Positions 30,346-40,156 of a stretch of 64,000 bases of DNA are shown one piece after another (within the stretch, counting starts at the first letter, position 1; each line of letters starts with the position of its first letter). The translations under genes and the position numbers were made by a program. Source of the stretch: a virus; the IMG/VR virus record IMGVR_UViG_3300042197_002147, positions 32,001-96,000 of that record; one strand, 5' to 3'. The notes under the pieces were generated by a model that ran no database searches, was not told the origin of the DNA, and was given only the letters and a program-made list of their open reading frames with translations.

Positions 30346-32032
30346 AAATTTTGGATCTTTTGGTAACAATTTTACTGAACTAATTCTTGATAAAAATCCA
30401 ACAACACTAATATGTGGAAACAATGGAAGCGGAAAATCCTTCGCTTTCCTTGATTCCATTACTTTTGCGTTGTTTGGAAAACCTTTTAGAAAAATAAACA
30501 TACCACAACTTGTAAATTCTGTAAATGATAAGAATTGTCTAGTTGAAATAGAGTTTACTAAAGGAAATGATGAGTATTTAGTTCGTCGTGGGTTGAATCC
30601 AAAAGTATTTGAAATTCACAGAAATAATGTTTTAGTTAATCAAGATGCAAAAAGTCTTGATTATCAAGAGGTTCTTGAGGATCAAATCCTAAAGATGAAT
30701 TATAAAACATTTACTCAAGTTGTAATTCTTGGCAGTTCTTCATTTGTTCCTTTTATGCAATTGGCTGCTGCTGATCGTAGAGCAGTTATTGAGAATATTT
30801 TGGATATTAATGTTTTCAGTACCATGAATGTTTTGCTTAAGGGTAAAATGATGCAACTTAAGGAAATAATAAAAGAAATAACTAATAAAATAGAAATTGA
30901 AAACCAAAAAATATTATTACAATCTCAGTTTATTAGTACTCTTGAGAACAAAAGTAAAGAGGATAAAAAGGGTTTAAATGAAAAAACCAATTCTTTATCT
31001 CTAGAGATTCAGAATTTACAAATAGAAATTGACTCTCTAGACTTAGAAGTAAAAAATATATTAACTTCAGTTGAAGATGAAACTAAGACAAATAAATCAT
31101 TTTCTGATTTAGAAAAACTTAGAACAAAAATATACATTAATTTTAAGAATTTAGAAAAAGATATAGAATTTTTTGAAACAAATACATCTTGTCCTTCTTG
31201 CAATCAAAAAATAGATGAAACAATAAAAGTAGAGGAAGTAAAAAAGAAGGAAGAAAAAAGAAAAGAATACGAAAAAGCATTGAATGATCTTGATAATAAT
31301 ATTGAAAAAATTTCTGATAAAATAAAAGAAATTAAGGAAACCAATAAAAAAATTCAAGATTTAAATTTACAAATAGTTCAAAAGAAGACATCAATAAAAA
31401 ATGCAGAAAAATATCGTGAATCTCTCGTTAAAGAATTAAACGATATGGGTACATCGACAGAGCAAATAAAAGAAGAAATTAAAAAACTGGAAAATTTAAA
31501 ACAATTTATTGCTGGTCTTGAAAAAGAAAAAAATGAGCATAAAGAAGAATTATTGTATCACGAACATGCTCATATACTTTTGAAAGATTCGGGAGTTAAA
31601 GCAAAAATTATTAAGTATTATCTTCCTTATATGAACAAATATATTAATAAGTTTTTATCTTCTATGGATTTCTTTGCACAGTTTACACTTGACGAAGATT
31701 TCAATGAAAAAATTAAAAGCAGACACCGAGATGAATTTAGTTATATGAATTTCAGTGAAGGTGAAAAAATGCGTATAGATTTGGCCTTGTTATTGGCTTG
31801 GAGAGAAATAGCAAGAACAAAAAATAGTGTAAACTGCAATTTATTAATATTGGATGAGGTTTTTGATTCATCTTTAGATTCTCTTGGCATGGATGAACTT
31901 ATGAAATTACTGAATACAGTAAGTGATAAATCAAATATATTTGTTATAAGTCATAAGTCCGATCAATTAGTTGATAAATTTCAAAACTTAATTGGATTTG
32001 AAAAGAAAAATAACTTTAGCAAAATTATATGA
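30317..32032 (+). CDS. gp46: Rad50-like recombination ATPase gp46
   Basis: GNNGSGKS, CPSC hook, FSEGEKMRIDLALL, LDEVFD, ISH. Confidence 0.97.
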   Translation: MIKFKKVRFKNFGSFGNNFTELILDKNPTTLICGNNGSGKSFAFLDSITFALFGKPFRKINIPQLVNSVNDKNCLVEIEFTKGNDEYLVRRGLNPKVFEIHRNNVLVNQDAKSLDYQEVLEDQILKMNYKTFTQVVILGSSSFVPFMQLAAADRRAVIENILDINVFSTMNVLLKGKMMQLKEIIKEITNKIEIENQKILLQSQFISTLENKSKEDKKGLNEKTNSLSLEIQNLQIEIDSLDLEVKNILTSVEDETKTNKSFSDLEKLRTKIYINFKNLEKDIEFFETNTSCPSCNQKIDETIKVEEVKKKEEKRKEYEKALNDLDNNIEKISDKIKEIKETNKKIQDLNLQIVQKKTSIKNAEKYRESLVKELNDMGTSTEQIKEEIKKLENLKQFIAGLEKEKNEHKEELLYHEHAHILLKDSGVKAKIIKYYLPYMNKYINKFLSSMDFFAQFTLDEDFNEKIKSRHRDEFSYMNFSEGEKMRIDLALLLAWREIARTKNSVNCNLLILDEVFDSSLDSLGMDELMKLLNTVSDKSNIFVISHKSDQLVDKFQNLIGFEKKNNFSKII

Positions 32033-32760
32033 GTGATGAAATTAATCCATATCCAGTAATAGAAAAGCATGACGGTTTTTATGTTGTTCGTGATGATTTG
32101 ATTGAAGGCGGATCTAAAACAAGATTTATCCAGACTCTTATCAAAGAATCACAACAAAATGAAATGGTTTATGGATCTTCTCCTGCAACTGGTTATGCAC
32201 AAATTGCACTTGCTAGAGTTTGCGAACACTTCAATAAAAAGTGTATATTGTTTATGGCTAAAAGAAAACCAGAGAATCTTCATCCTTACCAGTTGAAAGC
32301 AATTAAACATGGTGCTATAATTCATGGTGTAGACAACGGTATGCTTACTGTAACACAGAAAAGAGCAAGAGATTATGTTGCTTTGGACAGCACCAATAGA
32401 AAATTATTTCCTATTGGTTTTGATTGTCAAGAAGTAATTTTAGAAATTTGCGAATTAGCAAAGGATCTACCAATAGAACCAAAAGAAGTATGGACAGTTG
32501 GTTCTAGTGGAACTTTAACAAGAGGTCTACAGATGGCTTGGCCAGATGCAGAATTTCATTGTGTTTCAGTTGGTCATAAGATGGGACAGAAGGAACTAGG
32601 AAGAGCAAAAATGTACAAATGTGAAATTCCTTTCTTTGAAGCAGTTGATGCTGCTGATGCGCCTCCTTTTCCTTCTGCTCCCACTTATGACGCAAAAGCA
32701 TGGAAGTTTATAAAAGAATATGCTTCACCCGGTGCATTATTTTGGAATGTGGGCGCATGA
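32029..32760 (+). CDS. PLP-dependent enzyme, fold type II (ACC deaminase/cysteine synthase-like)
   Basis: VVRDDLIEGGSKTR (Schiff-base Lys), VGSSGT phosphate loop, YDAKAW, LFWNV. Confidence 0.82.
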   Translation: MSDEINPYPVIEKHDGFYVVRDDLIEGGSKTRFIQTLIKESQQNEMVYGSSPATGYAQIALARVCEHFNKKCILFMAKRKPENLHPYQLKAIKHGAIIHGVDNGMLTVTQKRARDYVALDSTNRKLFPIGFDCQEVILEICELAKDLPIEPKEVWTVGSSGTLTRGLQMAWPDAEFHCVSVGHKMGQKELGRAKMYKCEIPFFEAVDAADAPPFPSAPTYDAKAWKFIKEYASPGALFWNVGA

Positions 32761-34334
32761 AACCATTTTATGAAAGAAATGATTATCTTTTAAATCATAA
32801 AATCAATGTTCTTTTTGAGGACATTGTTTCTATGAATGACTCGGAGTTTGAACAATGGGTAAAAGATATGCGTAAAGTTGTTCTTTATGCCTGGAATAAT
32901 CACAATTGCCCACCCAGAACAGGTAAAAACGAAAATGATATTGTAGAAGAGTTTAACAAACTCACTGGATATCCTATTCACACATTTGAATTTATTGATG
33001 AGTTAACAGAAACAAAAGATGTAGTTATTAACAAATCTCGTCTTGGTGCAGAAGTAGATCAATGGTTTCCAAATATGTACAAGACTAGAATTAACTACAG
33101 TGAAAATGACACTGGTTATTCTATTTACGATTTGTTTGCAGATGACAAATATCTTCCAAGAATGATAAAAGGAACTCGTCGTCATATTCGTAGAGATTCG
33201 CTTTACACATTTGCTTGTTCTGCAATAAAGCATGACACTAAGTATGCAATTGTTTCTGTTGGAAGCGGTGAGGAATGGATGGATGCATACTTTAATAATC
33301 CATCAATTTTTAAGGATCACGATTTTATATTAGATCAGCACGATGATGAAGATGGTGTCAATACTGGTTATTATCAAATTGAACAATCAAAAATTCTTTC
33401 TTTAACAAAAGAACAGTTTTTAAAATGGAAACCAAAATTATCTTATCGTCACTATTCTACTTTTGATTCAGAAAATATTGAAGATGATAAGATTTTTAGA
33501 ATAAGAGTATATGAAAAGGGTCATAGAGTCTTTCCTAAATGTTTTCCTAGTTTTAGGATAGGTTATATTCAACCCGCAGTTAATTTTCCGCCACTAACGG
33601 CAAGGTATCTTTATGAAAAATTTACGGAATCTTTTTACACACAGAATCAAATTGTTATTTTCGATCCTTCTTCTGGCTGGGGTGGTCGCATTCTTGGTGC
33701 CATGTCTGTCAATGACAATCGAAATATTCACTATATCGGGACTGATCCTAACTTGGATAACTTCGATTCTAGTCTTGGTGATTCTGGTAAGTACGGTTGT
33801 GTTGCTGATTTCTACAATACTCGAACTTATAGAGGAAATTCGTTTTTCTCGTCCACAAATACTTACGAAATTTTTAAAGTTGGTTCGGAAGTAATTCACA
33901 AAGAAAACAATTTTCAGAAATATAAAGGAAAGATAGATTTAATTTTTACATCTCCTCCATATTTTAATAGAGAAGCTTATTCTGAAAATGAAAACCAATC
34001 TTATAAGAAATTCGATAATTACGATTCGTGGAGAGATGGATTTCTCAAGCAAACACTACAAACATGTGTTGAGTATTTAAAAAATCAACGCTATCTTTTA
34101 TGGAATATTGCCGATATACAAATTTCTGGTAAATATTTGCCTCTAGAAAAGGACTCTAGAGATATACTTGAAAGTCTTGGAATGAAATATGTTCAAACTA
34201 TAAAAATGGCAATGGAAGGGATGCCTGGTCAAAATCGTTTAGACGAAGATGGCAAACCAAAGTGCAAAAATTTTTGCAAAGTAAACGGAAACTATTTGAA
34301 ATTTGAACCAGTGTTTGTATACTATAAACCATGA
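32757..34334 (+). CDS. SAM-dependent amino-methyltransferase-fold DNA-modifying enzyme (N6-A/N4-C type)
   Basis: FDPSSGWGGRILG (SAM binding), YIGTDPN, FTSPPYF (motif IV); ATG 32757 overlaps the upstream stop (ATGA). Confidence 0.85.
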   Translation: MKPFYERNDYLLNHKINVLFEDIVSMNDSEFEQWVKDMRKVVLYAWNNHNCPPRTGKNENDIVEEFNKLTGYPIHTFEFIDELTETKDVVINKSRLGAEVDQWFPNMYKTRINYSENDTGYSIYDLFADDKYLPRMIKGTRRHIRRDSLYTFACSAIKHDTKYAIVSVGSGEEWMDAYFNNPSIFKDHDFILDQHDDEDGVNTGYYQIEQSKILSLTKEQFLKWKPKLSYRHYSTFDSENIEDDKIFRIRVYEKGHRVFPKCFPSFRIGYIQPAVNFPPLTARYLYEKFTESFYTQNQIVIFDPSSGWGGRILGAMSVNDNRNIHYIGTDPNLDNFDSSLGDSGKYGCVADFYNTRTYRGNSFFSSTNTYEIFKVGSEVIHKENNFQKYKGKIDLIFTSPPYFNREAYSENENQSYKKFDNYDSWRDGFLKQTLQTCVEYLKNQRYLLWNIADIQISGKYLPLEKDSRDILESLGMKYVQTIKMAMEGMPGQNRLDEDGKPKCKNFCKVNGNYLKFEPVFVYYKP

Positions 34335-35446
34335 AATCTGAAACTGAAGAGATTTTTTACGGCAAGCAACCGAATTGGAAGCATTGGAAGCCGGAAGATT
34401 ATAAAGATGAAGACAAAGTTTATTGGTCTATTGCTTTAGCATTAAATTGGTACAATACAAAATTTACAGACAGGGACTACAAAGCAAGTGTTATCGAATA
34501 CATGGAAAAAAATAAAATTCCAGGCGTCGATATGGTTGCCAAGGTTCCTGTTGATAATTTTACTTTTAGAGTTATTGGAGGAAAGTGTCAGGCAAATCTT
34601 TGTCATTGCATTTTACCAATAAAAATAAAAAATGCTGTAAAAGAAGGAATAGAACAACTAATTATTCTTGGCAAAACTCTAGAAACTACAAATACACCAA
34701 TTGTACCAGTTCGTGAAAGGGTTCGTCAGCAATCTTATGAACTTGGTAGCATTCTTGAACAAAAAATTGATGAATATGAAGAATATATTTTGGGTAAAAA
34801 ACCAAATTATAAACTTTTTAATATTGAAAATTGGATAAACGAAAACGAGCCAAGTGCCATGCATTGCGAGTTTTTACTTGAATGCTTTGAGAGAGGCACA
34901 AATGAATTTAAACTTGTAGTTGATGGAAAGGATGATCAACTAAAAGAAGCATATTCTTTTTTGACAAAAAAGCAAGCACAGAAAATGCACGACTTTTATA
35001 AGTCTATTTGCGATCATTTGAGAGTTCGTATTACTATTGCAAAAAGTAATCGTAAACCAAGAAAGAAAAAGAAAAAGAAACCAGAACAATTAGTCAAAAA
35101 GTTAAAATATTTGGTTAAAGATAACACCACAGGTATAGAATCAATACTTCCAGATTCTATTATTGGTAGTCAGACTGTTATAGTTTTTAACACAAAAACA
35201 AACAAAGCAAGTATGTTTAAGGCCGATTCAAATGGTTCGGGTTTGAGCGTAAAGGGTTCTACTATTATTGGTTTTAGCACCGAGTCAGTAGAAAAGAAAA
35301 TGAGAAAACCAGTTGAATTTATGACAAAGGCAAAAAGTGAAGGAATTCGTAGCATAAATAACTACTGGAAGTCACAAAAAACAAAAGAAAGTCAACCAAA
35401 AGGTAGAATTAACGCTCATACACTTATTCTTAAATCATTCAAATGA
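34331..35446 (+). CDS. Hypothetical protein with basic C-terminal domain
   Basis: 371-aa ORF coupled by ATGA overlaps; RKPRKKKKKKPEQLVKKLKY...GRIN. Confidence 0.75.
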   Translation: MKSETEEIFYGKQPNWKHWKPEDYKDEDKVYWSIALALNWYNTKFTDRDYKASVIEYMEKNKIPGVDMVAKVPVDNFTFRVIGGKCQANLCHCILPIKIKNAVKEGIEQLIILGKTLETTNTPIVPVRERVRQQSYELGSILEQKIDEYEEYILGKKPNYKLFNIENWINENEPSAMHCEFLLECFERGTNEFKLVVDGKDDQLKEAYSFLTKKQAQKMHDFYKSICDHLRVRITIAKSNRKPRKKKKKKPEQLVKKLKYLVKDNTTGIESILPDSIIGSQTVIVFNTKTNKASMFKADSNGSGLSVKGSTIIGFSTESVEKKMRKPVEFMTKAKSEGIRSINNYWKSQKTKESQPKGRINAHTLILKSFK

Positions 35447-35766
35447 TTAATAAAACAGATAATTTAAGATTTGTTGGACCATATAAAAAATATGACGCGA
35501 ATGGTAAACTTATTGATTATAATATTGGCGATACCGTCGATTTTGATGGTATCTATTATGCCGCAACAAAAGAAATTCTAGGATTAAATCCTTTATCTAA
35601 AAATAGCGGTTGGGAAAAAGTTGGAGACATTGATCCGAATAGATTTTTTTCACAAACAACAGAACCAATTACTAAAAAGGTTGGAGATAGATGGCACAAT
35701 CCATCAACAAGTATAACATATACTTTGATAAAAGATAATAATGGTTATCATTGGGTAGAAATGTAA
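35443..35766 (+). CDS. Small protein with a CBM5/12-like carbohydrate-binding motif
   Basis: YNIGDTVDFDGIYY.A...P...GW and P..GDRW..Y..WV motifs. Confidence 0.55.
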   Translation: MINKTDNLRFVGPYKKYDANGKLIDYNIGDTVDFDGIYYAATKEILGLNPLSKNSGWEKVGDIDPNRFFSQTTEPITKKVGDRWHNPSTSITYTLIKDNNGYHWVEM

Positions 35767-35795
35767 TTGACATTTGAAAAAAAAATTGATATAAT
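35767..35795 (+). promoter_or_regulatory. Consensus sigma70 promoter TTGACA-17-(TG)TATAAT, 7 nt before the rnh ATG
   Basis: Exact hexamers at 35767-35772 and 35790-35795. Confidence 0.8.
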
Positions 35796-35802
35796 TTTAA
35801 AT

Positions 35803-36648
35803 ATGATTTTGCTAGACAACAACCAAATAATTTTGGCAAACCTATTTCACACCGTGAAAACTAATACAGACATTAGTGAGGATTTGCTTCGCCATATGGT
35901 ATTGAATTCTTATCGTCTTCTTAGAAAACATTTCAAAGATGAGTACGGAGAACTCGTGATTTGTCATGATTCTTCGAATTCTTGGAGAAAGCAATATTTT
36001 CCACATTATAAGGCAAATAGAGCAAAGGCACACGCAAAGTCTGAATTTGATTGGGATGTAATTTATCAGACTTTGACAAAAATCCGCGATGAAATTCGTG
36101 ATGTTTTTCCATACAAAAACATGAAAATTGATCACACAGAGGCAGATGATATTATTGCAGTTTTGACTAAGAAATATCACGATAGAGAAAAAATTCTCAT
36201 TATTTCGAATGATAAAGATTTTCAACAACTTCAAAGATATCCAAATGTCTTTCAATATAGTACATTTAAGAAGCAATTGCTGAAGTGCGATAAACCGGAA
36301 TCATTTCTAATGGAGCACATTCTTCGTGGTGATTCCGGTGATGGGGTTCCTAATATATTGTCAGACGATGATGCTTTTGTTAACGAAGATAAGCGACAAA
36401 ACAGACTTACTCAAAAAGTAATGGAAGACATCGAAAGAAATATTTCTGTAATTTCTTCTACTAAACATGCAAGAAATTGGGATAGAAATAGAACTTTAAT
36501 TGATTTTGAAATGATTCCAATTGAAATTGAAGATAAAATTTGCGAAGAATATCTTAAACCATCGGTTGTAACAGATAGGTCCAAGGTTCTGTCCTATATG
36601 ATTACAAATCGTTTAAAGAACCTAATAGAGAATATAGAGGAGTTTTGA
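35803..36648 (+). CDS. rnh: T4-type RNase H (5'-3' exonuclease)
   Basis: SWRKQYFPHYKANR, EADDII, SNDKDFQQLQ, GDSGDGVPNILSDD; start at ATG 35803 because TTG 35767 is the -35 box. Confidence 0.94.
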   Translation: MILLDNNQIILANLFHTVKTNTDISEDLLRHMVLNSYRLLRKHFKDEYGELVICHDSSNSWRKQYFPHYKANRAKAHAKSEFDWDVIYQTLTKIRDEIRDVFPYKNMKIDHTEADDIIAVLTKKYHDREKILIISNDKDFQQLQRYPNVFQYSTFKKQLLKCDKPESFLMEHILRGDSGDGVPNILSDDDAFVNEDKRQNRLTQKVMEDIERNISVISSTKHARNWDRNRTLIDFEMIPIEIEDKICEEYLKPSVVTDRSKVLSYMITNRLKNLIENIEEF

Positions 36649-36649
36649 T

Positions 36650-36838
36650 GTGAAAAGAGACTTTCACGAAAAAGACAATAGAGATCACACACCAAGAAAG
36701 GATCGTGGTTTTGTCCAAAGACAAAAGAAGTCAAAAAAGAATCAAATGAAAAATGATTTAAAGAATATAGTTGACAATATGAATTCTGGCAATTATAATG
36801 ACTACGATCTTGATTATCAAGATGATGAATGGAACTAA
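36650..36838 (+). CDS. Small hypothetical protein
   Basis: GAGGAG RBS before GTG; fills the rnh-gp45 gap. Confidence 0.6.
   Translation: MKRDFHEKDNRDHTPRKDRGFVQRQKKSKKNQMKNDLKNIVDNMNSGNYNDYDLDYQDDEWN
36771..36799 (+). promoter_or_regulatory. Perfect sigma70 promoter TTGACA-17-TATAAT for gp45-44-62
   Basis: Exact consensus embedded in the small ORF. Confidence 0.78.
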
Positions 36839-36839
36839 T

Positions 36840-37529
36840 ATGACTACTACTACAAACGAAATTACATTAAGCAAAACAACACTTTCGATTCTTAAGAATT
36901 TTTCTACGCTCAATTCTAACATTCTAGTAAAGCCTGGTAATGTTCTTCAAACTATTACGCCTTCCAAGAATGGAATGGCAGAAGCAACTATTGAGGAGAC
37001 ATTTGATGTTGAATTTGGTATTTGGGATCTTAGTAAATTTTTGGGAGTTGTTAGTCTTTTCGCAACCCCGAAATTTGAGTTTGGTGAGAAGTCGGTTGTT
37101 ATTCACGGTGGTAATGGTTCTCGCGTTACTTACTTCTACTCTGAACCAAGACTCCTAACAACGCCTTCAAAGAAGGTAAATATGCCAAATATTTCACTTT
37201 CTGTTGATATTAGCGAAAAGACTTTTGCAGAACTACAAAAGGCTTCAGCAGTTCTTCAACTTCCTGATCTTTCATTTGTAAATGAAGGAGATCGCGTTAT
37301 GGCTGTTGTTTCGGATTTGCAAGATCCAACAACAAACAACTATAAGGTTGATGTTGGTGAAAATAAGTCTAGTTCAGATTTTAGTCTGAATTTTAAGATG
37401 GAAAACATCAAGATTCTTCCCGGAGATTATACAATTGAATTTTCAAAGAATATCGTTGGTCAATTTACCAATGAAACTCTGGATTTGAAGTATTGGTTTG
37501 CAATGGAGACTAATTCAAAGTTTAATTAA
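36840..37529 (+). CDS. gp45: Sliding clamp gp45
   Basis: LSKTTLSILKNFSTLNSNIL, FGIWDLSKFL, FKMENIKILPGDY, YWFAME. Confidence 0.95.
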   Translation: MTTTTNEITLSKTTLSILKNFSTLNSNILVKPGNVLQTITPSKNGMAEATIEETFDVEFGIWDLSKFLGVVSLFATPKFEFGEKSVVIHGGNGSRVTYFYSEPRLLTTPSKKVNMPNISLSVDISEKTFAELQKASAVLQLPDLSFVNEGDRVMAVVSDLQDPTTNNYKVDVGENKSSSDFSLNFKMENIKILPGDYTIEFSKNIVGQFTNETLDLKYWFAMETNSKFN

Positions 37530-37530
37530 T

Positions 37531-38478
37531 ATGCAACACAAACAGAATGAATTTTTGTGGGTTGAAAAGTACCGACCCCAAACAATTAAAGATTGCATTC
37601 TCCCCGTGTCCTTGAAGAAAACTTTCGAGGACATGGTTGCTAAAGGAGAACCACAAAATCTTTTACTATCGGGTTCTGCTGGAACTGGAAAGACTACAGT
37701 TGCCAGAGCATTGTGTAATGATATTGGTGTGGATAATATCATAATCAATTGTTCAGAAAATGGTAATATTGATACACTACGAACTGATATTAGACAGTTT
37801 GCAAGTACAGTTTCTTTGTCTGAATCAAAGAAAACTGTTATTCTAGACGAGTTTGACTACAGCAATGCACAAAGTATCCAACCCGCACTTAGAGGTGCAA
37901 TTGAGGAGTTTTCAAATAACTGTAGATTTATCATTACTTGTAATTACAAGAATAGAATCATTCAACCGATTCATTCTAGATGTACTTGCATAGACTTTTT
38001 AATTAGCTCTGCTGATAAACCAGAGATTGCAAAACAACTTTTGGGTCGCTGTGAGTATATTTTAGACAACGAAAAGGTAAAGTATGATAAAAAGGTACTT
38101 TCCCAGCTAATTATTAAGCATTTTCCTGATTTCCGAAGAATAATCAATGAACTTCAAAGATATTCGGCATCTGGAGTGGTTGATGCTGGAATTTTAGCAA
38201 ATCTTAAAGACATAGAAATAAAGACCCTTATATCTGCAATGAAGATAAGGGACTTTTCTGGCGTTCGTAAATGGGTAGTAAACAATCTAGACAACTCTCA
38301 AACAGAACTGTTTAGAAAGATCTACGACAGTCTATACGAGTCCCTAGCACCATCAAGCGTCCCTGAAGCGGTTCTAGTGCTTGCAGAGTATCAATACAAA
38401 GCAGGGTTCGTAGCAGATCAGGAGATCAATACTGTTGCTTGCCTAACTGAATTGATGATGCGTTGTGAGTTTAAATAA
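37531..38478 (+). CDS. gp44: Clamp loader large subunit gp44
   Basis: LWVEKYRP, GSAGTGKT, LDE, HSRC, FPDFRR. Confidence 0.97.
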   Translation: MQHKQNEFLWVEKYRPQTIKDCILPVSLKKTFEDMVAKGEPQNLLLSGSAGTGKTTVARALCNDIGVDNIIINCSENGNIDTLRTDIRQFASTVSLSESKKTVILDEFDYSNAQSIQPALRGAIEEFSNNCRFIITCNYKNRIIQPIHSRCTCIDFLISSADKPEIAKQLLGRCEYILDNEKVKYDKKVLSQLIIKHFPDFRRIINELQRYSASGVVDAGILANLKDIEIKTLISAMKIRDFSGVRKWVVNNLDNSQTELFRKIYDSLYESLAPSSVPEAVLVLAEYQYKAGFVADQEINTVACLTELMMRCEFK

Positions 38479-38870
38479 TGGAACTTAAAGACTTTCTAAA
38501 TTCTATAAACCAGAATAAAAAGAATCTAATGGAAGAGGATCCTAATTGTGAGAGGGAATATCTTCCATATATTACGAATAGATGTCTTTCGTATTTCAAT
38601 GACACTATTTTTTATGCTAACCAAATGAATATTTTTAGTTATTTGGATAAAAGAATGCAATATGATTATTTACGATCAAAAATTGCAAAAAAGAATAGAT
38701 TTAGCAAGTGGCATAAAGCAGAAGAAAACTCAGATATTGATTTGGTAAAGGAATATTATGGATATTCCACTCAAAAAGCTAAAGATGCTTTGCGAGTTTT
38801 GTCAAAAAAAGATATCGAACAGATCAAAGAATTATGCAATAAAGGCGGCGCAAAAAAGGGAAAATCATAA
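38478..38870 (+). CDS. gp62: Clamp loader small subunit gp62
   Basis: YLPYITNRCLS, QYDYL, RFSKW, VKEYYGYS..KA. Confidence 0.94.
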   Translation: MELKDFLNSINQNKKNLMEEDPNCEREYLPYITNRCLSYFNDTIFYANQMNIFSYLDKRMQYDYLRSKIAKKNRFSKWHKAEENSDIDLVKEYYGYSTQKAKDALRVLSKKDIEQIKELCNKGGAKKGKS

Positions 38871-38895
38871 ATATTATCAAAGATAGGGTAATATT

Positions 38896-39291
38896 ATGAT
38901 TGATGATATTTTTTCTGGGTTGGGAGTAGAAGTCAATTTAAAAAATAAAGAAGACTTCCTAAAAGTAAAAGAAACATTAACAAGATTGGGAGTTTCTTCA
39001 AAGAAAGAGAAGAAACTTTACCAATCTTGTCATATATTGCATAAGCGCGGAAGATATGCTATAATGCATTTCAAGGAAATGTTTATTCTTGATGGCCTTG
39101 AAAGTGATATTACATTAGAAGACATTCAAAGAAGAAATACAATTGTAAATCTTTTGAACGATTGGGGTCTTTTAGAACCAATTGATTCATCAAAATATGA
39201 AGACAGATTAAGTTTGGCTAGAATTAAAATTTTATCACACAAGGAAAAGAAAGACTGGGAACTCGTACCTAAATACCATATAGGTAAGTGA
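38896..39291 (+). CDS. regA: Translational repressor RegA
   Basis: DFLKVKETLTRLG, LYQSCHILHKRGRY.IMHFKE, RRNTI, W.LVPKY.IG. Confidence 0.97.
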   Translation: MIDDIFSGLGVEVNLKNKEDFLKVKETLTRLGVSSKKEKKLYQSCHILHKRGRYAIMHFKEMFILDGLESDITLEDIQRRNTIVNLLNDWGLLEPIDSSKYEDRLSLARIKILSHKEKKDWELVPKYHIGK

Positions 39292-39316
39292 AATTTTTAA
39301 AGTGGAGATTTATATT

Positions 39317-40156
39317 ATGGAAAAAATGCAAGCTATTGGTGCCCCGTTTCCGATTGAATACTCATCCTGTTCGGATATAAAACCAAAATTATTCGAATGG
39401 ACGGAAAATAATTGTGATATAAAAGTTTTTATTGATGGTGCAATAGCACAAAATTTAAATTACAAGAAAAAAACAAACGAAAAGAAAATTGCGTGGGTTT
39501 GTGAATCCAGAGCAATATTTCATTCGTGGATGTTTCCAGAAGATCTATGGGAAAAAAATATCCAAAGAATTTCAAATTCTTTTGATACAATATATGTTTC
39601 TGATCGTCGGTGGTGCAAATATGCAGATAATATAAAGTTTGCATTTGCTGGTAGTAATGTTCCGTGGACAAAAGACAAAAAAGTTCATCATAAAACTAAA
39701 TCTACATCAATGATTGCTTCTCCAAAAATTATAACATTTGGACATAAGTTAAGACATGCGATAGCAACAAAACACGCCGATAAAATTGATGTATTTGGTG
39801 GAGCAAATGGTTCTAAAAGATTTGGAGATGGTGTTTGGCCAAACAAAGCAGAAGCAATGAATGATTATATGTTTTCGGTTGCAATCGAAAATGATAGTTA
39901 TACCACATATTTTACAGAAAAAATAACAGATTGTTTTGCTAGCGGAACAGTGCCAATTTATTGGGGAACTCCTGATATTGGTAACTACTTTGACAAAGAT
40001 GGTATCATAGAACTAACTCCAGATTTTGATTTTTCTTCATTGACAGCAGATCTTTATCAAAGTAAAATTTCAGCAATTAAAAATAATTTTGAAAAAGTAA
40101 TGACTATGGAACTTGCAGACGATGTTTTATTTAAATTAATTACCAATGAAAACTGA
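39317..40156 (+). CDS. GT10-like (fucosyltransferase-type) glycosyltransferase
   Basis: YMFSVAIEN...YFTEKITDCF..GTVPIYWG. Confidence 0.82.
   Translation: MEKMQAIGAPFPIEYSSCSDIKPKLFEWTENNCDIKVFIDGAIAQNLNYKKKTNEKKIAWVCESRAIFHSWMFPEDLWEKNIQRISNSFDTIYVSDRRWCKYADNIKFAFAGSNVPWTKDKKVHHKTKSTSMIASPKIITFGHKLRHAIATKHADKIDVFGGANGSKRFGDGVWPNKAEAMNDYMFSVAIENDSYTTYFTEKITDCFASGTVPIYWGTPDIGNYFDKDGIIELTPDFDFSSLTADLYQSKISAIKNNFEKVMTMELADDVLFKLITNEN

Noticed and set aside
14781-32032. Inteins, introns or homing endonucleases in gp17, gp20, gp23, uvsW or gp46
   Set aside because: Lengths are normal, motifs are continuous, and no splice or endonuclease motifs are seen
35767-35802. ORF-track upstream starts for rnh (also gp43A 61517, gp45 36798, MTase 32700)
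   Set aside because: These starts fall within promoter boxes or upstream genes; downstream ATGs match the expected N-termini
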